Positions 48,301 to 60,094 are shown, counted from the first letter of the stretch. The stretch is DNA of 64,000 bases from Phaeosaccion multiseriatum (GCA_965112735.1 OZ218952.1:1302001-1366000), one strand, 5' to 3'. The notes: generated from the letters alone by a model not told the origin. Made by a program: numbers and translations.

Positions 48301-48706
48301 CTGTGATTTCGCGGTTGAGTGGCACTTTTTACGCCCAATTACACCCCATTAATTTTTTTTTACGCCAAATGACGACTTGTTTTACGACGTTTTACGACGT
48401 TTTACGACGCTTTAGCCCCCTATTTGACGCCCTTTTACGCCCTTTTACGCCCTTTTACGCTCTTTGACGCCCTTTTATCTTAATTCGCCTTAATTTCGTC
48501 TAAAAAAAATCACGTAAAAAAAAATCACGGAAGAGGGCGTGAAAGGGCGTAAAAGGGCGTAAAAGGGCGTAAAAGGGCGTCAAATAGGGGGCTAAAGCGT
48601 CGTAAAACGTCGTAAAACGTCGTAAAACAAGTCGTCATTTGGCGTAAAAAAAAATTAATGGGGTGTAATTGGGCGTAAAAAGTGCCACTCAACCGCGAAA
48701 TCACAG
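48301..48706. mobile_element. Foldback MITE, 406 bp, about 160-bp TIRs, TA TSD (Tc1/mariner-like)
   Basis: Ends read TA|CTGTGATTTCGCGG...CCGCGAAATCACAG|TA. The arms are exact reverse complements for about 160 bp and carry internal 10-bp repeats (TTTTACGACG, CCTTTTACGC). It is AT-rich relative to the flanking genes. Confidence 0.93.
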
Positions 48707-49789
48707 TATTTTTTTATTTTTTTACATTTCCTATGTACGTGTCCATCTACTGCTCACTCGCCTCGCAGATGCCCTGTCTCCTTCTCGCATGACTATGCCC
48801 CGTCAGTTGCTTGTTCTGCTTTCAACTCCCCATCTTTAGTGTGCTTACAACTGTACAAGGCCCGCCCCCCGTGCTACTGCGCGCCAAACCCAAGCCGAGT
48901 TCGCGGTTGGGAGTGGACCGCTCCAGCCAGTGCTGACGCCTCCCTTGACTTTGACTTTGACTGGGGCCGAGACCGAAGCCGATACGACAAGCCACTTCCG
49001 TTCCGCTCAAGTCGGCAAGGGCTGTGTGCGCCCCCGCCAGGCCTGCGTCTTGAGCTGCTTGCTCATCAGCGATCATTCCTTCCCCATCTACCGCCTCGTC
49101 TCTCAAAGAGCCCCCCCCCTGCAGACAGATGCGCTCGTCCTCGCGGCCCTCCTCACTCCGTCCCACGTATCCCGCTCATTCCGCTGCACTAGTCCAGGGG
49201 AATCCAGAGCGGTCTCGACTCTTCGCATATCCTCCCTCCCCCCCCAATACCCCTCACCCCCAGTCTTCTCTCCCATATGTACAGTCCTGAGTTGCTGCCT
49301 TTCAGAATGCTGCCTGCTTTCCATAATCGTCCCATTGCTGCTACCCACCGATGCGTATGAGCTGCTCAGCCTTCTCTACAGCCCTGCGGCCTGTCTGACC
49401 CTGCGGCTTTGTCGTCGCCGGCAGGACCTTCCCCGCCCTCCTTCCCCTCCTTCTCCCCGCCTCCCTCCCCCTCCCTCTCCTCCTCCTTGTCCTTGTCCTC
49501 GTCCTCGCCTGCTCTCCTCTTGCTGGCTTTTGCGCGCCCTCCCTGCTGCAACACGTCGCATTGGCATGAAAGAGCCAACAAACGCAAGAGAAAGGGCGAG
49601 ATGAGAACGAGCGGGTACTATTGAAGCGAGCAGCAGGGGCCTAAAGAGGGGCGTGCCAGAGCTGTTCGGCTCGAGAATCCGAGAGAAGTAGACTCAGTCT
49701 TGTCTCTGAAGCCCTCCCCAAACACAAAAAGTGTATATAGTGTATATAGTGTCCAACCCCACCCCCCACCAAGAGCCTGTAGCGGCTTG

Positions 49790-51427
49790 CTACGCACCTT
49801 CGATCCGAGCCCTCGCGTCCCTGAGCAGCGCCAAGTAATCTTCTGAGGCCTCGAGCCCTCTGCTCTCCAGCAGCTGCTCCGGCGTCTTGGCCGGGTCGGT
49901 CTGCCATTCCCACACCATGCCCGCCAGCAGCTCCTGCAGCATCGCTTCCGCGGCCGGGGAAGGGGCAGGAGGAGCGTCACTGCCGGCCTTCTTCTCCTCC
50001 ACGTCCTCCTCCTGAGCCGCACCTCCCACGCCCCCTTCCCCACGGTGTGTATCGAGAGCAGCCTCGGCAGGGCTGGACCCAGGCTGCGGCCCCCGAAGAA
50101 TGGCGTCCTGGACAGCAGGCAGGAGAATGTCTTTGCAGAGGTTCTGGAGCGTGGTGGATGCCGTCACAGGGAGGAGCACGTCGTCGCCCTCGCGGCCGCC
50201 AGCAGAGCGAGGGGCCTCCACATAGCACGCAGTGAACCCGGGGGGGACTTTGATGTTGTCGTAGGCCACGCCCGCCGAAACGGCATCAAAGCCTGCGCCT
50301 ATCGTCAGGAGCATTGTCACTCTGCATTCGTGCCCAATCTTGTACTCAGACAGCGTGCGCTCATCCTCCAGCTCCTTCCCCTCAAAGATCAGCTTCTGAC
50401 AACGAGCAGGGATGCCTTCCTTGTGGTGAAACAGCACCTTCAGAGTCTCAACGGTGTGCTCAGCGTTGGTTTCGATCGTGAAGGTCTTTCCGGTCAACGT
50501 GCGGACTAATACATGCATAGAGGCGTCGCCCCGCGCTTCAGCACCAGGGTGGAGACTCGTTGGCGTTTCACCATCAGAGTGGACACGTGGCGCCTCGGCA
50601 CGTGATTCGCTCTGGTGCACGGGTGTGGGGGCTCTACGTTTCAGCACGAAAGTGGGGAGCTCGCCCGCGGGGCACTTGCTCAGGACCTCGAAAAGTCCCT
50701 CATCATCATCCCACCCGTTCAGCCACTGCTCGTCGAGGCGCGTTCCGCAATTCTCTCTCTCCTCGCTGTGGAAGTGACTGAAGCTTAGGTCGTGGCTCAG
50801 CCGTGACACACCTGTTATTTCACTCAGTTTTCCACGGACGTCTTTCATGGTACCGTTAGTCTCGACAGTGCGGCTCTCCCTCTCATGGGTAACGCGGATA
50901 GGGAATTCCTGCTTTTTTTCGACGCTCATCCCTGGGCGCACAAATATGTGGCCCCACTCTCCACCACCATGGTCCCTGGCATAAACTGTCATACCTCCTC
51001 GTTCTCTGCCGACGAACTCTCCCGCACCAGCCTCGTCCACCACGGCAGTCAGCTTCAACACGCCTCCCATAGAGAATTCACGCATCACCTCTTCCACTGG
51101 CGAGGCCCCCGAGAGGTTCCGCCACTTGACAGCTAAGTGCAAGACCCCGCTCCCGCACAGTCGCCCAAGCTCTACATATCCACCGTACTGTCCGCCTTCT
51201 CGTATACCAGTACGGATTGTAAACACGGTATTTCCCTTGTTTGTTTCTTCATCCTCCCTATTTCTCCTCTTGTCCATCCTAATAACCCTTGCAAGGGCTC
51301 TCCTTTGCATCTCCATTGGACTTCCTCGCTCCACCACGATAGAAAGAGTCTCCTTCCTCGGGCCCACGTGCACGTACGGCGCCGTCTTTCGTTCCCATAC
51401 CGTATAGTTGACCAGCACGCGCTGCAT
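49790..51427 (-). CDS. Intronless, diverged paralogue of the internal-UBL family (545 aa; UBL lacks the C-terminal GG)
   Basis: Collinear with the tandem copies (SIVVERGS, YVELGRL, LSGASPVE, GGMTVYA, FVRP, TGVS..HDLSF, CPAGELPTFVL). UBL MHVLVRTLTGKT...IFEGKELEDERTLSEYKI...MLLTIGAG. The C-terminal ~150 aa are almost identical to copies 1-5. Confidence 0.9.
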   Translation of the reverse strand: MQRVLVNYTVWERKTAPYVHVGPRKETLSIVVERGSPMEMQRRALARVIRMDKRRNREDEETNKGNTVFTIRTGIREGGQYGGYVELGRLCGSGVLHLAVKWRNLSGASPVEEVMREFSMGGVLKLTAVVDEAGAGEFVGRERGGMTVYARDHGGGEWGHIFVRPGMSVEKKQEFPIRVTHERESRTVETNGTMKDVRGKLSEITGVSRLSHDLSFSHFHSEERENCGTRLDEQWLNGWDDDEGLFEVLSKCPAGELPTFVLKRRAPTPVHQSESRAEAPRVHSDGETPTSLHPGAEARGDASMHVLVRTLTGKTFTIETNAEHTVETLKVLFHHKEGIPARCQKLIFEGKELEDERTLSEYKIGHECRVTMLLTIGAGFDAVSAGVAYDNIKVPPGFTACYVEAPRSAGGREGDDVLLPVTASTTLQNLCKDILLPAVQDAILRGPQPGSSPAEAALDTHRGEGGVGGAAQEEDVEEKKAGSDAPPAPSPAAEAMLQELLAGMVWEWQTDPAKTPEQLLESRGLEASEDYLALLRDARARIEGA

Positions 51428-51724
51428 AATGGCTCTCGTCTTTTAAAGGGGAATACTTTGGTGACAAGGGGGGGGAAATGAGCCTTTAAGTGCCATTTTT
51501 GTCTAAAAGTATCGCCTCACCCTTTTATTCGTCGGTCCTCCCCATCGACAAAGATAATCGATCTTTCGTGTCGGGCCCGCTGGAGCGCCACGGCCAATCG
51601 CCGCCGAATGACGCAAACGTGCTGGTGCCGTCGGTCGATCGAGTTACAGGGGTGCCGGTCCAAAATATTCTGTAACTGTTAAATTCCTTTCCCCCCCGAA
51701 AGCACATATCGCTTGTTACTTTAC

Positions 51725-53200
51725 CTAGAGATAAATCGCTAGAAACCTTCCTTTCGATTCCTTGGGAAAAGGCTCTGGCAGTGCATTCTCTAAACCTTGA
51801 GTATTCTCGCGATTTAGCACACCCCCAGCCATGTGGGTGGCGAGTGTTTTAATAAACACCTGGGCAGACGGACCATGAAATGCCCCTTGCTGTTCCATCC
51901 CAAAAGGGACGAGATGGTACCTCGTGGGGTCGTAATGGATGTCTTCACCCTGGCCTTCCATGCCTTCCCGTGGCACCCCATACTTGGTGCGCTTGTTGGT
52001 TGCTTCAGCCTTCTTGGCTGCCGCGAGTGCCTCCTTCGATGCCTTGGCCCTATTTGGGTGATGTTGGTGGCATCAGTGAGCGTGAAATCAATCATTAGGT
52101 ACTTGTGGCCACCCCCATACTCGTGGTCGGATGGAAGCTCAAACATCCTGGGGGGAGTCACAATGTCCATCTCCATCTGTTTGGCCACGTGGGCGTCACC
52201 CCTCACGCCGCTGCTCCCCCCTGCCTCTCCCCCGTCTCGCGGTGACTGTTCTTTCCCTCATGAAGAAGGGGAAGCCGGTGTTCTGCACTATCCCTCTGCC
52301 CAGGCCCTCACTCTTCTTCTGCGCGACGACAAGTGCCTTCTGCACAGCGTCATGTCGGGGTGTGCCGAGCCCCGTCTTCGTACAGCAGGTGACGATGTGC
52401 CCTCCGTCAGCGCCTTGCCGGGGCACTTGTGGCAATCCTTGCTGTAGATGGGATCGATGCCGAGTCGTCTCCGGATGGGACCTTTATGCTCACCGTCCGT
52501 GAGGTGGAGTGCTCCCCCTGCTTTCTTGGTCGGCCGAAGAAGGAGCCACGCACCAGCCCCCTTCACGCTTCGGCTGAGGGCCCTGGCCAGGCCCTTCTCT
52601 CGTTCGTCCTCCTCTGGGATCGCTTTCAGGCGTTCCAGAAAGTCTGTCCTCGCCTTCGACGTGAGGAGCTTGGTCAAGCGCTTCTGGGCCCCCCGCCTTT
52701 CCCCGTGTCGGCTCTGTGGGATGGAGGGTCCACCCCGTCCAACATCTTCGTCTCCTCTGTCCGCCAGCGGCCGTGTCTGGCCTCCCTCATCATTGTTATC
52801 AACTCCTAGTTCCTCTTCATGCTCACCCCCTGGGTCTTCGTCACTCCCCCCCCCCTGGGTCTGTATCGCTATCTGTTGCTGGCTCATCTGCGGTCCCCTG
52901 CTGCACCCTATCTTGCCGTCGCACTCCTCTCCCAGCTGCGTCGCACCCATCCACCCCCACCACCCCAGGTTGTACCACTTCGGCCCCAGAATCGCCCTCT
53001 TCGTCTGAGTCTGCTCCATCACCCTCACGCCCCCCCCGGGGGCCTCACCCGCAAGCGGCTGGTCTCCTCTGCCTCTTCCAGCCCGCTGCCCTTCATGCGC
53101 TGGGGTCTCGTCTCTCTCCGGGAAAAGCTTTGCCATGAGCCATGGCTCTCTCCATCTGTTGCCGCTCATGTGGGAGATGATGGGCGCCGCGCTGTACATG
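51725..53200 (-). mobile_element. Degenerate, 5'-truncated CRE-like non-LTR retrotransposon (linker, CCHC knuckle, REL endonuclease; no RT visible)
   Basis: Four consecutive frameshifted ORF pieces: ARALS...AGAWL...RRRLG; CHKC...HIVTC...RHDAV; MDIV...LMIDFTLTD; HYDPTRYHLVPFGMEQQG. This motif order is typical of CRE/SLACS-type elements. Confidence 0.8.
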
Positions 53201-54189
53201 GATGTCGATGGATACTGTGATTGCCCATGGAGGGAGGTAACAGTATGTGGGCCCGAACGCTCCTTGCAGCCAGCTTCCTCCCTTGGGGAGGAGAAGCGCC
53301 TCCGGTCTGCTGACGTGGCCGTGGGCGAGGGGAAGGGTGATTTAAAAAAAAATGTTGGTGCTCTGCTGAAAAACTCACAGTGTGTGTGCGTGTGTGTGTG
53401 TGTGTACCTTTTTTTTTTCGCGCGTGTGAGTGCCTTTGTGTGAGTGTTTATGTATGTAATGTACAGCAAACTTGCTCGGTATTTAGATCGTGTGCCAATG
53501 ACTATATGTGTATGGATATGTGTGTACATGGCGGCTCCGAAGGGGTTAAAAGCCGATTCGTCTTCCCCCCACCCTCGACAGACGAGGATATACCTCACCT
53601 ACGCTCCTCCCTAAAACCACCTTCTGAGCCGTGAGCGGGCTCCCAGTGACCCTTCCGGCCCCATCCCTCAAGCAAAGAGCAGCTCCCCTGCTGCCCGCAG
53701 ATGCCCTCCTCGCTCGGTCCCACCACCCCACCACCACCCCCTTTCCTTCCCCTGCGGTGGGCCAGGAGGGCCCAGAGGTTCTGGTGGGGCGGTCTACTTC
53801 ACTACTCATTTCTCGTCTCTACTGTCCCCTGCCTTCTCACCCCCCCTCTCTTCTCTCCCGTATGTACGGCTCAGAGTGTTGCCCGCTTCACTCCTCTTGC
53901 TTCCCCTGCGGCCCGCCGGCTGCTGCCCACTGCTGTGCACCACCCTCGCTCTGTGCTGCAGCGATGATTGGAGCACGTGTTCGAATGACAAGAGAGCCGA
54001 AAAGGAGCAGGAATTGAAATAACTGAGTCGAATGTGTGTGTGCGGAGGGGAGAAGGGCAATCCGCCTCACTAGACTATGTCCGAGGTGGATCAGCAGGTA
54101 CCGTCGAACCGCATCCCTACCTATGCAGCCATGGCACCTGCCCCTTCCCTCTCCCTCAACCTCGTGCCAACAAGCAAGCGCCGCGAGAT

Positions 54190-55898
54190 CATGCCGAAAT
54201 GTGTAAGCCTTACTTGCCTGACTCCTCGCGTCCCTGGGCAGCACCAAGTTTCTTTCCGAAGCCTCAAGCCCTCTGCCCCATAGGAGCTGCTCCGGCGTCT
54301 TGACCGAGTCGCTCTGCCATTGATGTGCCATGCTCGACAAGAGCAAGAGTAGCAGCTTCTGCAGCACCAGCAGCAGTAGTAGTAGCAGCAAGAGGAGAAT
54401 CACCGCCCGCCCCCCCCTCCATCTCCCTCTCCTGATGCACCGCACCTTCCACCCCCTCTTCCGCGCTGCTTGCGTCGAGAGCCGCCCTAGCAGGTCCGGC
54501 CTCAGACTGCGGCCCACGCCGAATAGACTGCTGGACCGCAGGCAGGAGAATGTCTTTGCAGAGGCTCTGGAGACTCATTGACCCCTTCACGGGAAGGAGC
54601 ACGTCGTCGCCCTCGCGGCCGCCAGCAGAGCGAGGGGCCTCCACGTAGCACGCAGTGTACCCGGGGGGGACTTTGATGCTATGGTACGCCACGCCCTCCG
54701 AAGTAAATGTGGGCTTGTCTCCACAGCAAGTACGCAGTCGCAAGACCAGGTACAGTCTGGAATTGTGTTGGATGTTGTAGTCAGACAGCGGGTGCTGATC
54801 CTCCGGCTCCTCCCCATCCAAGAATAGCCTCTGCTTCTCGAAAGGGATACCCTCCTGTGCCTCAATCAGCTCCTTGACGTAGCCGACGGCGTCCTCGGTG
54901 TTTGTGTCGATTGTGAATGTCCTTCCGGTCAGTAGCTTGATGAATATCCGCACAGAGCCGTCTTCGGCACCGGAGGGGAGACTTGGTGCTTCGTCGTCAT
55001 GCAGTTTGCGTTTGCGCACGCGTTTGGGGAGGTCGCGTTTCAGCGAGAAAGTGGAGAGCTCTCCCCTGGGGCACTTGGTCAGGATTCCGAAGAGTACCTC
55101 ATCCTCATCACCTCTCCGTCCGCTCAGCCACAGCTCGTTCGTCTTCTTTCCGAAGTTCGGTCCGCTTCTTGTCCTCTCCTCGCTGCTGTGGTAGTGACTA
55201 AACCATAGTTGCTGCCTCCAGCACGACACGCCTGTTGCGTCAACCACTTTTCTTGTGACATCTGCCATGGTACCGGTAGTCTTGACGGAGTGGCTCTTAC
55301 CCCCCATCAGAATGCGGATATCGAACTGCTGCGTTTGCTCGACGCTCATCACGGGACGCACAAGAAGCTCTTCATCGCCATTCAGCGGTGGTCCAGTATA
55401 GCTCTTCGTCTTGGCATATATCGTCATACCTTCTCGCTCCTTGCTCCCATCTTTCCCCGTGCGAGACTCGTCATCCACCATGGCAGCCAGCTTCAGCACA
55501 CGTCCCATTCCTAGTGCCTTCATCACCCCTTCCACTGGTGCGGCTCCCGAGAGCGTAAGCGGTAGGTGAGGGTGAGTGACAGTGAAGGCACCGCTCACGG
55601 TCAGTCGGCCAAGCTTGATGTACTGACCCGTCCCTCCCCCTTCTTGCATACCACGAAGAACTTTGAAAACTGTCTCTCCCTTTGTGGGCTTGTTCTTACT
55701 TTTGTCTTCATTACCATCGTCCTCCCCGCTCCTCTTCCTCTTGTCCAGCTCCATGAGCCTTTGGAAGACCTGGCTCTGCATCTCTTCTCGGCTTCCCCGC
55801 TCCACCGCGACAGAGATGGTCTCTTGCGTGTCAGTCAACTGCACGTGCGGCGCCACCAGCCTCGCCTTCACCGTTTTGTTGACCACCACGTGTTGCAT
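54190..55898 (-). CDS. Intronless, diverged paralogue of the internal-UBL family (UBL ends LRLRTCC; frameshift near 54410)
   Basis: ORF 54264-55910. The likely start is GCCATTATG at 55898, the same context as at 51427. UBL VRIFIKLLTGRTF...EGIPFEKQRLF...LYLVLRLRTCC. The conserved tail KTPEQLL..RGLEASE is in another frame (ORF 53888-54517). Confidence 0.78.
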
Positions 55899-56201
55899 AA
55901 TGGCAGTCATGACTTTGGGTCCGGTCTCGGGGGAAGTGGGCAGAGAGGATGGTTGTTTGATGTGTCTTGGTCCATTTTTCCTCTTCGTTACCGTGCCGTT
56001 TTACTTTGCACACAACATTACTTTGTAAAAAACCCAAAACCTAAAACCCCTGTTCTTCCTCTCGGCAACATCCACAGCTCCACGAGTTGGTGCTCCGGTT
56101 AGCCGTAGAGCTGAAATTGGAAAATTGTTGGGGGCGGTGAGCCAAGGGTGAGCGCTGCGGGTTAACTTTAGCTTTAACTCTCTGCTCTGGACGGGGAGAT
56201 C

Positions 56202-56321
56202 ATGGTCAAGAGTACCGTAGCCAGAGGAGGGAGAACGGCGGTCAAAGGGGGGGGTGGAGGGAGAGGAGGTACAGCAGGCCGAGGAGGGAGAGGAGGAGGA
56301 GGAGGAGGAGGAGGAGGACGA

Positions 56322-56352
<31 letters not shown>

Positions 56353-57482
56353 GAGGAGGGAGAGGAGGAGGGAGGGGAGGAGGGAGGGGAGCCCAGGCAC
56401 AGCCACCGCAGCAGCAAACAGGAAGGGGGAAGGCGAAGAAATTCTCAGTGGGGAACAACAGTGGAGGAGGGGGTGGGCCAGCAACACAACAAGACCAGCA
56501 TTGTCTGCTGCTGCTGCAGCCGAGCAACAAGATGTCCAGGACCTACTACGAGTTCAAGAACCTCTCGCAGTGCATCAATGGTAGGTGCCTCAAGAAGCCA
56601 GGGCTTTCTCGTCTATTTGTGTTCGTTGAAGATTCTCAAATCTCAGGGGGATACAGATTCCTCTCGCCATCACCTCGACCCCACATCATTAACAGGACGT
56701 ATCTCCGCTCTTACTGCCGCCTTTCCGCCCACACAAGGGATGCTCATGCTCTTCGAGGGCGAGTTGACAAGGCTGCAACCCAAAAAGGACCACATTTCCT
56801 ACGACATTACCGACTTCGAGAGCTTTGTAGATGTGAGTTACAGCTCTAGCCCAGCATCAGTTGCAGTTCCATCAGACAGGAGGAGGAGGAGGGGGGGGGG
56901 GGGTGATACCATTCATGTCTTCCTGCGAAGTACACTCACACTAGCATGCCCCTGTACTGTGCCTGTCCCTGCACAGGGCTTGGGAGACTGCTCTCTACTG
57001 ATGCTCGACAAGACCACGAACCAATACGCACCCCAGGGCAAGGAATGGATCAAATTAAAGGTGAGCAGCACCTGAACGGGGAAGGAGGGAGCAGCAAGGG
57101 GGCATGCATTCTCTCATTCTCCCTATCCCTCTCTCCGTCTGTTAGTGCGTGTGTGAGGTTACGATTCTTCATTTTCTGCGTGCCCAGTCAATCTTTGCCA
57201 GCCCTGGGCCCTTTTGTTTGGCTGCAGCTATCAAGAATGGTGCCGCTTACGATCGACAGTCGAGTCCCCATGGCATCCGATGCCGCGAGGGACCTTCTCG
57301 CTCCTCTGACATGGCCTCTCTGCCGTCCACGACTTGTGTGTGTGTTTTTCCCTCTATGTTGCCTCACGACTTGTGCTGCTTGATACACTGCTCACTTGGG
57401 TGAACTACCGCGCTTCTCTTTGCTTTCGTTTTAATCCCCTCACCAGACCTTTCACCACCTCAACCACGAGGCTGGCGCGTAA
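56202..57482 (+). CDS. ERH: Enhancer of rudimentary homologue with an N-terminal RGG/Gly-rich extension (exons 56202-56580, 56738-56832, 56977-57060, 57447-57482)
   Basis: The spliced sequence HCLLLLQPSNKMSRTYYEFKNLSQCINGMLMLFEGELTRLQPKKDHISYDITDFESFVDGLGDCSLLMLDKTTNQYAPQGKEWIKLKTFHHL matches the ERH pattern (HTILLVQP...RTY...ITYDI..LF.F.D.L.D...Y.P..K.WIK). Three phase-compatible GT-AG introns. Confidence 0.9.
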
Positions 57483-57965
57483 TGTGGGTTGGGAGAGACG
57501 AGCAAGAGGGGCAGTAGAGGCTCGAGGCCTTCGGTTTCATCGGTGATTGGAGGAGAACGGAGGCGCGTGTGTGTGGAGGGGGGCAATGGGGGTACTGTGC
57601 CAGGAGGGCGACGAGGCAGGATAGTGCAGAGGAGGGATCCTTGGTGTGTGAGGGTGGGGAGAGGTCGAAGGAGGGCTTTAGGCGAAGGGGGCTTGGCGTA
57701 CCCTCATGAGTAGGCAGCAGAAGCAGCAGGAGGCACAGGGGCTTCCCCAGAGGAGGGTCTGATGCACATGAGCAGGGCGTGATGCGCATGCGTTTGATGT
57801 ATGGAAGTGAAGTGCATATGTACCCGGGAAAAGGATTTGGCTTACGCAGGTCTACGTCAAAGGAAAATGTTATCATGTTTTGTGATATTTCTATTTCTCT
57901 CTCCGTGGTGTGTCGAGAGAAAGGAAAGAAAGGCTAGCAAGCAGGAACGCTCCTGCCTCCTCCTC

Positions 57966-60094
57966 TCATTCATCTTCCAAGGGCTTGAAGGCAGGCTGCT
58001 CCGCTACTGTCGCGTCCTTGGCAGCCGCTGCTGCTTCCTGTTTCGCGGCCCTCCTGCGCTTGAGCTCTTCTATGGACACTCCCCAGAGCTCCTTGCGAAA
58101 GAAGCACAGGAAGTTGGTACACTGCGCGCGTCTGGTGCGGTTGGGAGTCAATTCGTCCATCATGAAGCCTGTGGTGCGACCGATTGGGGAACGATCGGGC
58201 AACAATCAGGGAAAGGGAAAAGGAAGGGGTGGCGTGGAGACTTGTCAGGGTCGGTCAAGTGTGAGGGTGATTCCCATTCCAAGCGGGGCCAGGCGGTTGT
58301 CATTTCATTAAATGCAATTGCCACCACGCTATGAGACGCGCATCGTGCTTCGACTGTGTGCTTTCTTGGGCCACGCTCCCTCTCGGCACTTAAAGAGCGG
58401 GAGTCGTACGTAGCCTGGGAGTAGTAGGAGAAGCGGAAGCAGTAGCGGCAGCGACAACCAACAGCAACACCCTCCAATATGAAGCGGATATAGTAAGCAG
58501 CATACCTGTGAATCCGGTCGGTGAAAGCTGCTCCTTCAGGCTTTGCTTGAAGTCCATCGGGATGGAGCGAACCAATTGCTGATTGGCCTTCAGCACCGGC
58601 CGATCCACTTCTCGGCTATACTGCCTGTGGAGGGAAAGAACAAACAAGACCAGACAGAATCAGCCGATGGGGCACAGACACAGCACTGGGACACTCTGCG
58701 TATCCTCGTGAGCCGCCCCCCATTGCACTCATGCCCCATCTCGGCGTGTCCCTTCCTCTCCCTCCACATTGGCCGCATGGGTTCAAAGGCTCCAGCCCAG
58801 GAGGTGTCGCGGGAGCGCTCGCTGCTGCTGGCCTAATCCAATCTGGGGGCACGTGCTGCGTGTGTATGTTCCGTCTGCCCAGTTGTGCTCGCGATGGGCT
58901 CCCTATTCCCCCTTACCCCTCTACCCACCGCGCACAAGGCCCCTCCAATCCCTCCCTCCCTCCCTCCCTCCTCTCTCCCTCCGTCCCTCCCTCCATCCCT
59001 CGCTCCCTCCATCCCTCGCTCCCTCGCCCCCATCTTCCGTCCACTCCTCTCTCCCTCCAACCGTCCCTCTCTCAATCCCCCAACCCTTACCTCAGCACTC
59101 CAATAAGGTCTGGAGGCTCCGGGTACTTGGCGACCCACTTGGGAAACACCTTGTCATTGCTCCAGCTGCCAGACTCTGGCGAGAAGCGGTAACCTGATGG
59201 ATGGGGGGGGCGCACGAAAAAAGGGAGGGTTTTGAGATCAGAAAAGAAAGAAACGACAGGAGGTTGTGGGTGGGCACAGACAAGGACACCGACAAGGGCA
59301 CGGCCACTGCTCAGAGTCGGCGAAGCCATGAGATAGTGGTGGTGGCGGTGGTGGTGTCGTGGTGGGTGGTGAGCATTGTGATGTCGAATTCTACTCTGCT
59401 CTGCTCTGTGCTCTCTGCCCATACCTAGAGCCTTCCACACGAGCCAATTGAGCTGCTCGTCTGTGCACTTCTCCGCCATCGCCCTGAGAAGGTTCGCATC
59501 ACTCAGCTCGTCCTTCGTTGGCTCGCCCTCTTTACTGGCGACGAAAGGCTCTTCAAGAATGTTCTTATCCAGCAGATCCCCAACCCATTTTGGTGGCGGC
59601 ACAATCTGTTCGCAAGGCAGGGGGGCGAAAAGAACAGAGAGGCTCAGATGCATCCCCCTCTTCCCGGAACCGAGGATGCAAACTATGCTCGCGAGAGTGG
59701 ACGTATGCATGGTACTTGGGATCTTTAAAGAGGGGAAGAGCTGCCAGCCGCCTCTTCACCTCACCTTTAGCGAGTAGTCGCCGTCCCACTCCTCGTCGTC
59801 CTCAGCAGCTCCAGCACCCCCAGCCTCCATGGCGTCGCTCATGGATAAGCGCCATGTTTCCCCTCCGGAAGCAGTTGGCCTTATTCGCTTACGGCGACTC
59901 TTTGCTGCTGCTTCTACACCCCCCCCTCCAGCTGCCCCTCCCCCTCTTGCTCCACATGAGAGTCGGCGTGCATCTGTTCCTCTCCTCCCCAGCTGTGGGC
60001 CCACCGCGTCCAGAAAACAGCTCACGGTACACAAGCACGAGCTCACCAAAAGGAGCGCGAGCCACGGTCGCTGGGTACACGAGCCGGAGGACAT
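57966..60094 (-). CDS. DUF1823-family protein, probably plastid-targeted, multi-exon
   Basis: Exons encode LNWLVWKALG|YRFS...W...KYPEPPDLIG, LVRSIPMDFKQSLKEQL and ELTPNRTRRAQCTNFL, resembling cyanobacterial/algal DUF1823. The N-terminus is a hydrophobic signal (WLALLLVSSCLCTVSC-FL) followed by an R/A/G-rich transit-like segment. Confidence 0.8.

Noticed and set aside
52288-53598. 436-aa ORF as a host gene
   Set aside because: The first part runs through (CA)n and poly-A non-coding sequence, and the rest is a frameshifted retrotransposon remnant.
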